Assembly: GCA_951406725.2 (NCBI GenBank)
Contig: OX597820.1
Span: 31,248,001 to 31,312,000 of the forward strand
Length of the DNA: 64,000 nucleotides
Direction of reading: 5' to 3'
DNA from: Octopus vulgaris
Lineage: Eukaryota
Below, one piece after another: positions 36,695 through 49,137 of this stretch. A program made the translations under genes and the position numbers. Below the pieces are notes generated by a model. The model had not been told where the DNA came from and searched no databases. It saw nothing but the letters and a program-made list of their open reading frames with translations. How positions within the stretch are numbered: the stretch's first letter is position 1; each line of letters begins with the position of its first letter.

Positions 36695-39600
36695 CTAATG
36701 CAGCAGCCGAATCTGCAACACACAAAAATTCATGTATTTTTATCTTCTTTTTGTCCCCGCCAAATGTAGTTCAAATATTTAAAGATAGAATATCAGAACA
36801 ATTTATCTTGCAATAGAGATGTGATGGTTAAAAGTTACAATGCCAATAAAAAAACTATGTTTGTCAAGCTGATAAGAGAATCTTAACAACTTGCTAGAAA
36901 TAGTAACCAAATCTCCCCCAAATTATCATGGAGCTTCTGTTAGGTTTTTTTTTTCTTTTTTTGACCTCTGATTCATTATGTTGATATCCAAGTGGTCAGG
37001 TATACCATGGTTGCATATACCATTAATTTAATTCCTAAGCTGAATCAGCATGGCACAATGTACTTGATGAACTCCAGAGTTACTGTACACCCCATTTCAG
37101 TCACAAAGTTTGGCTAGATGTAAGGATTTCATAAAGATACATACCAAAGAGGTCATGCAATGGGATTAAACCAAGGTTCTGATGATTGGGAAGCAAAATC
37201 TTTAACCGCTCAACTATACCTACACCTAAATTGTCTTTTGCTTTAAAATACAGAAATACAAAAAGAGAATGAATAAAATAATCATCTCTATAAAAAAAAT
37301 GTTCCAGCAGGAACATCTTTGATCCTAAATCCTCTTCATCAGAGTCAACTTCAGGCTACACCCAATATCAAATATTCTTTGCTTGTTGAACAGCGTTTTG
37401 ATGCCAACTCACTTAAGCATGCCTGAAATCAACCCTGGCTCTGGGACATAAAATTTCATGTTTTAAAATTATCTAAATTAAAATCTTCTGTCAAAATTTT
37501 ATAAGTTCCAAGCACCAACTTAATAATGACAAAATTATTTTACTAAATTTTGCATTATTTTCAAGATTCATTGAAACAAAGAGTATTTCAACAGAAATAT
37601 GGTAACAAAAGAAGTGAAATGCTTCAGTTCTGGTTGGCAGAAGAGCTACACTACAGAAACGTTCTTTCCATCTGACCCATACAAACATGAAAAAGTGCAT
37701 GTTAAAATGATGATAATCAAAAAAAATTCTATGTCCCCCAAAAAGTATCAGGGTTGATGCAAACAACTGTAACTACAAATTTGCTGCATTGTGTTAAGTA
37801 TAGTCAAATGTTTGAGACGTTAGCATTGCAATGAGATTCTGAGTTTGGTCCACAGTGAGGTGCATTAAGCAAGTTATGTTACACCACAGCTTTGATACAA
37901 TCAAAACTTTTGAAGTGAAATTGAGTGAAAGGAAAACTTGTGGAAACGTATTAGAAGAAAAGAGCCTAGGATTTGTTAGCATACTGTATCACAATCTTTT
38001 ATCCTATTTCTCTTGAAATACAGGTTTTGTTTCAGTTAATTTTAAAAATATTTTCCATGGGTGGACAATTTAAAAGAGCTAGCAAACTGGAGGGTTGTGC
38101 TAATATAACTCCATCATTAACCTGGTGTTTGGAACATAGATTAGCATGAAATTTTGATGGAAAGATGGAATTAAGATAATTTGAAAAACAGAGTTTGAAT
38201 CCTTGAACCAGAGTTGGCATCAAAAGAGTTAAGGAGTACAAGTGTACATGGAATAGTCGGTCGTTCACATTACAATAAATTATTTCATTGATTCAAGCGA
38301 TAAGAATATTCTTATTCAAATATTTTTTTATTCTTTCTACTTTGGTACCATTAGTAGGTTTAGTATACAAAGGGATCAACTATAATTTATTTGCTCACAA
38401 TTGATCACATATAGATAAAATCAAAGTGGTACCAGCTGTTGTTTTTGTAGTTTTTGTAATGGTGGGAACCAACAAGATATATTCATACCACCCAACAGCT
38501 TGATTTAAGTTATTCGGTCATTTCATTTCTTTGAAGTGCTTGCCTCATAAATATGTATGTGTGTGAATGATTCTCCCACTGGCTTCAATTTATGAAGGGT
38601 CCAATAGTTTGGTAGAATACTTTTAGCTGCCACAGAACTGTACTGAACAGTTAGATTGCCCACACTGATGATTTGATTATAATGATGAAGGTTTGTGAAG
38701 AACCAGTTGCACTAAAAACAGTAAAATTGAGCACTCCACAGTTTTAAATCTGAGCAACCTCCTAGAGACATGCATTAAGCAAAAGCCAAGGGATGCCTCA
38801 TTCCATATCATCCTTTCTACTCGAGGCACAAGGCCTGAAATTTGTGGTGTGGGGACTAGTCGATTACAACGACCTCAGTGTTTCACTGGTACTTAATTTA
38901 TCGACCCCAAAATTGATGAAAGGCAAAGTCGACCTTGGCAGAATCTGAACTCAGAACGTAGCAATGGTTGAAATACTGCTATCATTTCGTCTGCTGTGCT
39001 AATGATTCTGCCAGCTCACCGCCTTATAAAAGAGTACAGCAGGGTTTGCCACCATCTCCTGCCGGAGTCTCATGGAGCTTTAGGTGTTTTCACTCAATAA
39101 ACACTCACAACGACCGGTCTGGGAATTGAAACCATGCTCCTATGACTGCGAGACCGCTGCCCTAATCACTGGACCATTGTGCCACCCATCATCTTTTAAT
39201 GTCCATTTTCCATGGGTTCATTAGACTGACAGGATCAGATAGATCAAAGGGAAGAGTGATCCAATAAAGATGAACCTAAGACAAAAGACCATTAACTTAA
39301 CACCACCACAATTGCAAACAAACAAGGCATTGTAAATATCCCATACATCTAATCTACTGATATAATTGAACTTATTACCCTTATCAGTAACATGGCATTT
39401 TCACTGTCATTTTAAAGTTCACTTTCCCATGCTCACATGGGTTGGACAGAATTTGAAGGGAATTTTCTACAGCTGGATGCCCTTTCAGTCACTAACCCTC
39501 ATCTGTTTTCAAGCAAGGTAATAGGCCCCTATGACCAGGCATTACTTTGACACTCATGATTATCATGTGATATGAAAGCAAGGTGACAATCACACACACA

Positions 39601-40661
39601 CACACACAAGAAGTGAAAGGGGATAAGCTGTGTTTTAGGTTTATTGTCAGTGGTATTTATTCTTTTATTCTTTTGTTTTAGCCAGCTGACTGCAGCCATG
39701 CTGGAGCACTGCCTTGAAGGGTTTTAGTTGAACAAACCAACCACAGCCTAATACTTGGTGATGGGGGTGGGTGTCGAACACAGACACAAAGACACACATA
39801 TGACGGTCTTCTTTCAGTTTCTGTCAATCAACTCCATGCTTTGGTTGGCCCAAGGCTATAGTAGAAGACATTTGTCCAAGGTGCCAGACAGGAGAACTGA
39901 ACTTGGAACCATGTAGTTGGGAAGCAAGCTTCTTACCACACAGCCACAGCTTTGCTGTTCATATATTTTGAAATTCAATGTCTTCTGTGGAAAATCATAC
40001 TAATGTCCACTTTTCTATGCATGAATAGTTCAGATAAAATTTGTTGAGGTAGATTTTCTATGGTTAGATGCCTTTCCTGTCACCAATCCTCACTGTTTTT
40101 CAAGCAAGGTAAAATTTCTCTATTGGCCAGACATTTTTCATAGAAAACAGAGTGTGAAGAACATTGCTTGTAAGACGGTGATGCTCATTTACAACCAACA
40201 TGCAACAATGATACAGGTGTGCACATACAAACACATAAGCTTCTTTCAGATTCAGTCAACCAAATCAACTCACAATAAGCCTTTGCTCAGCCCAGGGCTG
40301 GAGCAGAAGACACTTGCTCAAGGTACCATATAGTGGGACTGAACCCAATACCACATGATTGGGAAACAGACACATATTGAGCAGTCTATTGGATGTTATA
40401 CACCACTGGTCACAATGCACTTCCTCACAATCTTATAGTTTTTGATTGATGATACCTATCAAGGTAAGCACACCAACATTTCCCCTGAACAAAATGCCAA
40501 TTCATCACAGGTTTACCCGTTTACAGCCGAGTAGGCAAGAGCAATGTGAAATGTAATGTTTTGCTATAGAAAACGATGTACCACCTGGTCTGGGAATAAA
40601 AATCCTAAATTTGCAATTCTGAGTGCAAAACATGAATCACTCACTCTCTCTCTCTCTCTCG

Positions 40662-40710
<49 letters not shown>

Positions 40711-40711
40711 G

Positions 40712-41505
40712 GTACATTTCATAAGTTTACAGATTTCCAGGAGAAACAATTTCAAGGAAGTATAAAATTAATCTCCTTCAAAGTAAGTTCAACTCCAATG
40801 CGCTTGTAGCACCCCAGCCACTTTGTGAAGGCTCCTTGGACATGAAGATGCCCAGGACCCTTGTCACAGCCTCCTTTAGTTTAGGAATAGCCAAAAGTTA
40901 CAGGGAACAAGATCTGGACTGCAAGGAGAATGAGGGACAGTTATGATGCCCATCCCTATCAAGTAGTTGGTTACCTGGGATGGAATTGAGGACTGGTACA
41001 TTGCCCTGGTGCAGGTGCTGGGTCCTTTCACAACAAAATATCTTCCTGATCTCCATCAAAACCTCCACACAGTACTCTTTGTTGACCATCTGGTCAGAAG
41101 AAACCCAGTAAGTGTAGGTGATGTCCTTGCAGTCAAAAAAAGGGGACCATCATGAGCTTCATAGATTTGCGTTGATTGACCTCTTGTGCTCAGCTCATAC
41201 AAGTTAATCCATAAGCAGCCTGGAGCATTTCATAAGTCTCTAGAGTGATTTTGCCCAGTTTAACATAAAATTTTATTGCATAGTGATGTTCCAAATTGTC
41301 TTCACTTCCTGATGTCATTCTGCAAACTAGTCAGCTGTGACAAGCAGTGTTTAAAAGTCAGTTACAGCCATCCTCTTCAATTTTGAATAACAAAAGTTGG
41401 CCTGTCCGCTTATTAAATGTAATGATATTCTACAATTACAATAATCAAGGCCAGTTATAACTGCCTCTCCTAAAAAAATCTCAACTTCTGGAATGCATCT
41501 CATGC
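40712..41505 (-). mobile_element. second, internally deleted mariner remnant
   Basis: Minus-strand fragments TVNKEYCVEVL...HLHQGNVPV and VPHSPCSPDLVP, matching the mariner HDNAP and YSPDLAP motifs. Confidence 0.65.
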
Positions 41506-42967
41506 ATGCATGCGTGCGTGCATGCGTGCGTGTGTGCGTGTGTGTGTGTGAGAGAGAGAGAGAGATATGAGCACCAGTCTATGGGAACAGTGGCCTCGAA
41601 TAACAGATAAGGTAGACCACAGTGACCCATCCAATGTATGCCAGCATAGAAACCAGACTGATGACAATGGATGATGATATATATGTGTGTGTGTGTGTGT
41701 GCAATATAAGAGAAAGAAAGTAGATATAAAGAAAAGAGGAGAGGCCTGCTATTTAGAAGGTAATCGAAACATAACCAAGATAAAAAATCTTAAAACGGCT
41801 ACTGAATGAGCTGTTTGACTGGTGTAAACTACTATAGTGATAACACATTAGGAAGAGATATACACCATAGTGATTAAGAAGCTTTTGTTTTATCTTGCTG
41901 AATAACTTGACTTATGGACATGTCCACAGGACAAGTTGAATGAGCCATGTTTATTGTTGTTGGTGGTGGTGATGGGCTATAGTGGTGGTGGTGTTGATGG
42001 TGATAGTGACAGTGTTAGTAGTGGTAGAAGAGGACGGTATAAGATGTACTGAAGATGTTTAGATCCTTGACTGAGCAAGCCAATGACAAGTATTCCAGCC
42101 ATACCTATTCTGTCTTTCATCAAGGCATAATGCATCTAAGACTACATTATCCAATGTGTCCAATTAAAACAAAAAATAAAAAATAAGAAAAATAAAAAAT
42201 AGACAGCAGAGAGTAATTTGAGGTAGATTCGCCTATTTCTAGCAACTAAATAGACCATGAAGAGACTCCTCTGCTAGCTCATGTTGCTGCTTCTACTGCT
42301 TATGGTTGCAAGTGCAATGCATTTAGAAAGCTGCAACATGTCAAAAGTATTGTCTGATATATTGTGCAGAAAGGAAAAAAAATTCCTGACAGAGATATGC
42401 AAAGCAAATATATGATGCATGTTGGAGGATGTTCAAAAAGCAATAAAAAAAACATTAAGAATTGTTGCTAGAAACTAAACATTAGGAAAATATATCAAAA
42501 AGGGTGGTGGCAGATTGGCTGAAACATGAGAGGATCAGGCAAAATGCCTTGTGGTAGTTATGGCCCTTTTCATTCAGGGGTCAAATCCTGCAAAGGTCAA
42601 CTTTTTGCTTTTCATTCTTTCAGGTTCGATAAAATAAAATGCTTGTCATATAATGGAACTGGTTTAATTGACTGCCAATGTTATGCCAGCATTTAATGGA
42701 ATGACGTCAATAAGTAGAGCACCCAAATTCCTGCTCAACAGAGTTGCTTTGAGAATAGGTAAAGTGACAGACGAATTAGAGTACATTAGCATCACATCTA
42801 TACTAACTGTAAAATGCAGCCTTAAATTACTATCAACATAATACAAAGATCCTGACATGTTCAAACATACGCTTAAAAATTGTACTCCTTTAACCTTTTT
42901 GATAATAGCTTGCCTGAGACCAGTGTTGTTCCATGATACAAATTTTGTTTTAAGGTATCTTCATTAA

Positions 42968-43281
42968 CCCCTTCCTTGGTGATTTTTGAGAAAACATTTC
43001 ATTTTCAGATGATTTTTTTTTTATCAGACAAGCTTGCACTCTCATCTGATGCATCCAAGCTTCTAATAGAAGGTTCATACTCATTGTCATCTTCTGAGCT
43101 TGACATCTGGGTGTAATTTGTAAAAGAAAAAACAGATAAAAACTGAGAAATGCTGAGAATTGATGTATAAACTCGTCTGTGCCTGTTTTTGAAATAATAT
43201 GTTATGGACAAGTTTACTCATCACACTCTGAAGAAGATAAATTGGGTGAAGACAAGTAACTCGTCTTTGCCGGGTAAGGGG
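42968..43281 (-). mobile_element. internally deleted piggyBac element nested in the piggyBac-type MITE
   Basis: TTAA at 42964-42967 and 43282-43285; termini CCCCTTCCTTGG and CCGGGTAAGGGG. Acidic N-terminal remnant MSSSEDDNEYEPSIRSLDASDES. The flanks continue the MITE family sequence. Confidence 0.7.
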
Positions 43282-44973
43282 TTAAAACCATCCATGAAAA
43301 TTTCATATGTTCTGAGCACTACCTTAACTTTATTTTTAATCTTTTACTTGGTTCAGTCAGCTATGTTGAGGCGTGACCTAATCCTTACCCAACCCAGTGC
43401 TTATTTTTAAAGTCTGGTACTCACTTTATTGGTTTCTTTTGTCTAACTGCTAAGTTAATAGAGACAAATCAACACTGGTTGTCAAGCAATGTAAGGACAT
43501 ACAAAAACAAAGATACACACACACACACACACCAAGAAAAATTGTGAAATAAATGAATGCTTCAACCAGGAAATCCTGGGTAGCTGAATTTAACCAGAAT
43601 TGTGATTTTTATTATAATATATGTGTTATTATAACACAGGCGCAGACGTGGCTGTGTAGTAAGACGCTTGCTTCCCAACCACATGATTTTGGATTCAGTC
43701 CCACTATGTGGCACTTTGGACAAGTGTCTAACTACTATAGCCTTCGGTTGACCAAAATCTTGTGAGTGGATTTCATAGACAGAAACTGAAAGAAGCCAAT
43801 TATATATATGTATGTATGTGTGTGTCTGGCCACAGTCAAATGGCTGAAACAAGTAAAAGAATGTGTGTGTGTGCATGATGGGCTTCTTTCAGTTTCCATC
43901 TACCAAAACCATTCACAAGGCTTTGGTCAGCCCATGGCTATAGAAGAAGACATTTGCCCAAGATGTGACATAGTGGGACTGAACCCGGAACCATGTAGTT
44001 GGGGAGCAACTTCTTACCAAACTTCATTGAAACAATGGTAGAGTATTTCAAGAAACATATGGTAACACAAAAGGGTTAAAAGGAAATGCCAAAAGAAAAT
44101 ATAAAGACAAAAAAAAAATTGATCAAGTAATGAGGAAAAGATAATTGAAGAATAGCTTTCATCAGAGCCGATACAAGATATATTTGGAAGAAGACAACTT
44201 GATGCAGATGATGATTGTGATGATGATAATGGTGGTAGCTGTCTATCATGAAACAGACCTGCAATTAAACACATTCTAGTTGTGACCATACTGAGTATTT
44301 AAGTTTGGGAGATTTAGCTGCTATTACTAGCAGATCAAAAGACTACACAGAGGCACCATTCGGTTAGAACTTTGTACCAATTAGGGTGATTTTGTTTTGC
44401 TGGACAATAGTAGTGCTTCTGCTGATCTTGGTGATAACTTTCTAAGTTTGGCACAAGGCCAGCAATTTTGAGGGGAGGGGGATGTCAGTTACATCACCGA
44501 CTTCCCCCTGTGCTTGGTTGGTACTTATTTTATCGACCTCTAAAGGATGAAAGGCAAAGTCGACCTTGGTGGAATGTAAGCTCAGAGCATAAAAAGCTGG
44601 AGGAAAGGCCCTTAAGCATTTTGTACGGCACAGTAAAAATTCTGCCAAGTTGCTGCCTTGATGATGGTAAGAATAAGAGCAGGTTTGTTCATGGTGATTG
44701 TACTGCTGCTAATGATGATGATGAAGATGATGAAGATTTACTCTCTTTAATGACAATTCCTAGTTGGCTCAAACAATAATTCCATTAGAAATCTAACATA
44801 TATCATGCACAAGAGTAATTCCTGATAGCTGTATGTGTGTGTGTGTGTGCATGAGTGTGCACATATGTGTGTGCATGTGTTTGTGCATACGCATGTGTGT
44901 GAATCCTCCCACCAAAAACGTGCAGCGAGAGAGAAACATACCTCATCTCACTCATTCCCCCTTCCCCGACCAC

Positions 44974-45009
<36 letters not shown>

Positions 45010-45054
45010 AACATGAACACACACTACCACCACTGCAGCTGCCGCCACCGCCAC

Positions 45055-45185
45055 CACCTAATTAATGACCACGGACTCCATGTTTGTTTATTCATTTGGC
45101 TAAGGCAGGTAATCAATCCGTAAACGATCATAAAATCCACTAATTAAATGCATGCAAATTAGTGCATCACGTACACATTTAAAGA
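45055..45185. promoter_or_regulatory. candidate enhancer (homeodomain/POU/Fox motif cluster)
   Basis: TAATTA twice, TGTTTGTTTA, TAATCAATC, CATAAA and octamer ATGCAAAT (45152-45159) within 130 bp of unique, CpG-retaining DNA. Confidence 0.35.
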
Positions 45186-45499
45186 CAAAAACAAAAACGC
45201 CCTCCCACACCACAGCCATCTTCCTCCCATCCAAGGTGGTTCAATGTGGGCCCCTTTTTGCTAGATTACACTCACAATACAAATGTGCGAACTGAAACTT
45301 GTATTGTTCTTACAAATGCAAAAAATATTGGTTTTGTATTTTTGTTGTTGCTTTTTTTCATTTCAAAAATGTTTCTATAACAAAAAACTAAAAAAAGTGA
45401 AGCGAAACACTAAAGGAATAAGTGAAAGTGTGTGTGTGTATTGGTGAGGGTGAGTGTGTTTGCATGTGACTATGTGAATGTGTGCGTGTGTATGTGTGT

Positions 45500-46230
45500 G
45501 CATGTTTTGGCAAGTGTGCATGCGTTGTTGGCGAGTGTGCATGCATTGCGTTGGTGAGTGCACGCGTGAGTGTGTGTGTGTGTGTGTGTACATGTGAGTT
45601 GTGTTGGCGAGTGCATGCTTGTGTGTCTGTTGGCAAGTGTTTGTGTGTGTTGTGATGGCGTGTGCGCATGTGTGTTGTGTTTGTGAGTGTGTGTGTTGTG
45701 TTGGCGAGTGTGTGTGTGTTGTGTTGGCGAGTGTGTGTGTGTTGTGTTGGCGAGTGTGTGTGTTGTGTTGGCGTGTGTGTGTGTTGTGTTGGCGAGTGTG
45801 TGTGTTGTGTTGGCGAGTGTGTGTGTGTTGTGTTGGCGAGTGTGTGTGTGTTGTGTTGGCGAGTGTGTGTGTGTTGTGTTGGCGAGTGTGTGTGTGTTGT
45901 GTTGGCGAGTGTGTGTGTGTTGTGTTGGCGAGTGTGTGTGTGTGTGTTGTGTTGGCGAGTGTGTGTGTGTTGTGTTGGCGAGTGTGTGTGTTGTGTTGGC
46001 GAGTGTGTGTGTTGTGTTGGCGAGTGTGTGTGTTGTGTTGGCGAGTGTGTGTGTTGTGTTGGCGAGTGTGTGTGTTGTGTTGGCGAGTGTGTGTGTTGTG
46101 TTGGCGAGTGTGTGTGTTGTGTTGGCGAGTGTGTGTGCATGTGTTGGCGAGTGTGTGCATGTGTTGCATTGGTGAGTGTGTGTGTATGTGTGTTGCATTG
46201 GTGAGTGTGTGTGTGTGTTGGTGAGTGAGG
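45500..46230. repeat. minisatellite, 19-21 bp unit TTGTGTTGGCGA(GT)n
   Basis: More than 20 near-identical units in the core (about 45690-46150) with degenerate edges. Confidence 0.95.
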
Positions 46231-46439
46231 GGTCAGTACCTCAAAAGAGTGGCCTTCCTCTTTCAAACCAGGAAGCTATCAACAAATGCTCACAATTACT
46301 AATGATTTTTTCCTGGTGATATCACATCCACAACAGGTGGTGGGCCAGTATCTCAAAAGAGTGGTCTTCTGCTTTCAAACCACAAAACATAACTCAACAT
46401 AATGTTCAAAGGAGACAATAAATGCTGCTCCTGCAACTG

Positions 46440-46760
46440 AGCTGTTGCAGCTATGGTACACAAAGACACTTCCTTGACTGTATCCAAAAAAGTCCACTCA
46501 ACTCGTATGGAATAGCTCATCAACTCAATCCATCCGTTGACTCGCAGACAAGCTGTCTCCTCACACTGCCATTTCCGTCACTACTACAATGGCTTCAGAG
46601 TAAGCTGATCTCATGCCTCTTCACCCAGGCCATCAGATTCTTCTCACCACCTGTATTGAGTCCTACACCCCTCCATCTCCAGGTCTCACGCCAACAACTA
46701 AGCCCAGTTCCCCCCACTACCACTCCACTCTGAATTTCCCTTTCAAGCAACTGCTACTTC
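46440..46760 (+). mobile_element. decayed Jockey/CR1-group LINE C-terminal fragment
   Basis: Frameshifted pieces LDCIQK...PLTRRQAVS...FRHYYNG, matching the pattern LDRIQK..PL.HRR.VS....YRYYNG. Confidence 0.5.
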
Positions 46761-49072
46761 TTCGTACCGAGAGATCACAGCTCTGGTGTTACAGACATGC
46801 GTTTAGAATGTTACAAGAATCACAAGACGGATTCTCCAAGACAAGACAACCAACAGGAGACCTAGGAGTAAATCAAGAACAAGATGGATGGATAACATCC
46901 ATTGGCTCAGTTGATTACACTAGGAAATTTAATCAGAATATGTAATGATGGTCGCTTCTGATTGGACCCTGTGGAGGAGGTGCCTGAAGACTCTACCCCA
47001 CCCCAATGACCCTCTCAGGAATAGTAGGAGAAAAAGATGGACAAATGGATTTCTTTCTCTGACCTTGCTTTCCCTGGAGTAGTTCAAGACAAAAGCATTA
47101 ACTATATCAACAACACCCACCTCAGAGAGCTTGCCAAGATGATGAGCAGAGCCCCTTCCTTCAGATCAAGCCAGGATAAAAAGAAAAAATTATTTTTATT
47201 CCAATTATTCTAAATTTTAAGAATTATTGCAAAGTTATTAACTTCCAGCCTCACACAACCCTTGACAACCAACCAACACACAGAATACACACTTCTTGTA
47301 CACAGCAAACAAGTAGCTTCTGTGCCACTAACCTAAAACTCTTATATTGATGAAGCAAACATTTAAAAAAAAATTTTAAAAAACCCAGAAATAACCAACT
47401 CTTTGGGTTTCACTTTTTAAACCCAATAAACACCCACCCACCCATCCATCCTACCATCCACCCACCCACCCAACCAGCCACCACTATGGAATCAAGCATC
47501 AATTAAACTAGCAAGAGGAAACTCCTACACAGGAAAACTGGAGTCATTTTTTATTAGATATTGAACTTGATATTGGAACAAACAGAAGTTTTTTTTTTTA
47601 AAGAAAAAAAATAGAAAAAACCCCACAAAGTCATTGATTTCTGAGATCACTTGTATACAAGACAGACCTACACTGATGGATTCTTTAACACAATTTGCTA
47701 AATTAAAGAAATCATATTTATATAATTGTATGTACTCACGTGTAAAACAGACACGTGTATATGTGTAAAGCTGATAAGGGCCTGTGTTGCAGCTATCATA
47801 AAAGAAATCATTATTATTAGAATATTGGAAAAAAAAATGCTTTGCAGTATTAGTTCCAGATCTTCTGGTTTCAAATCACTCCAAGGTGAACTTTAACTTT
47901 CATCCTGTCAGAGTCAGTAAAATAAAGTACCAGTCAAGTATTGGGGCACAAGTAATCAAACTCCTCCCCTCAAATTTACTGACCTTGTTCCCAAATTGTC
48001 AATTATAATTATTTATCATTATTATTATTATTAGTAGTAGTAGTAGTAGTATTAAAGTGGCAAGCTCGCAAAATCGTTAGCATGCCAGGCAAAATGCTTA
48101 GCAGCATTTCATCTGTCTTTATGTCCCGAGTTCAAATTCTGCCAAAGCTGATTTTGCCTTTCATCCTTTCAGGGTCAATAACATAAGTACCAGTTGAACT
48201 CTGGTGTTGATGTAATCAACTTACCTACTTCCTCAACATTGCTGGCCTTGTGCCAAAATTTTTGGAAATCATCATTATTATATCGAGGCACTGACCAAAC
48301 AATCATTTGAGCATCAGAAAAAATGCTTTGTATTAGTTTATTCCAGATTTTCATGTTCAAGGTTCAAATCCACCAAGGACCATTTAGCTTTTCATCCTTT
48401 CAGGGTCGATAAAATACAGTACAAATCAATTACTGGAGTTAAAATAATCGTCTAACACACTTCCTCTAAAAATTGCTGGCCTTATGCCAAAATCTGAAGC
48501 ATTTATATGGTTATTCCTAGAAAAATTCATCTCTTACCATTCCCACTATTCCAAGATATTTTTTCCCTTTACCACCACTTCTCCAAGACATTTCTGTGGT
48601 CTATTCATACTTCATCTGAAATCATCTTTGGTCTAACACTACCATAGATGCCACCCACCAGCTAACCTGTTGCTACCATGAGAGTGTTAAATAGCTTTCA
48701 AGCCTCACTACAACCAATTACCATCACAGTAATTAACACCAATACTGCTCTGGGTCAATGAGAGAGAGAGAGAACCTATGTACACTGTTCCTTGACATGC
48801 TAGAAATAACAGCTACATAACCCACATATTACATATCCTACCATCATACAAAAAAAAAAGAAAAAGAAAAAATGGAAAAGGGAAGGACACGCTGCTGGGC
48901 AATCCAGTCCTGGATAGTCAAAGACAAGATCACAGGTCTGCTGGTTGACACAGGTCTGCCACAACTTTCTCTCACTTTCTTCTGTTGGCCTGCTCGCTTA
49001 ACCAGCGGGGTGGCATCATTTGAAGGCTAAAACAATGCAAAGCGCATTGTCTTAGCCTTCAGATTGTTTTAG

Positions 49073-49137
49073 CCAGGCTATCAGATGTTGCTACACATTG
49101 CTGGTCCAGCAATGTGTAGCAACATCTGATAGCCTGG
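49073..49137. repeat. perfect palindrome, 32-bp arms, 1-nt loop
   Basis: CCAGGCTATCAGATGTTGCTACACATTGCTGG-T-CCAGCAATGTGTAGCAACATCTGATAGCCTGG. Confidence 0.95.

Noticed and set aside
38523-38711. 62-codon open frame after a good minus-strand acceptor
   Set aside because: No recognisable protein pattern or canonical donor; the length is within chance expectation.
45375-46266. Longest ORFs in the track (160-292 aa, both strands)
   Set aside because: Translations of a stop-free minisatellite that is open in all frames; not evidence of coding.
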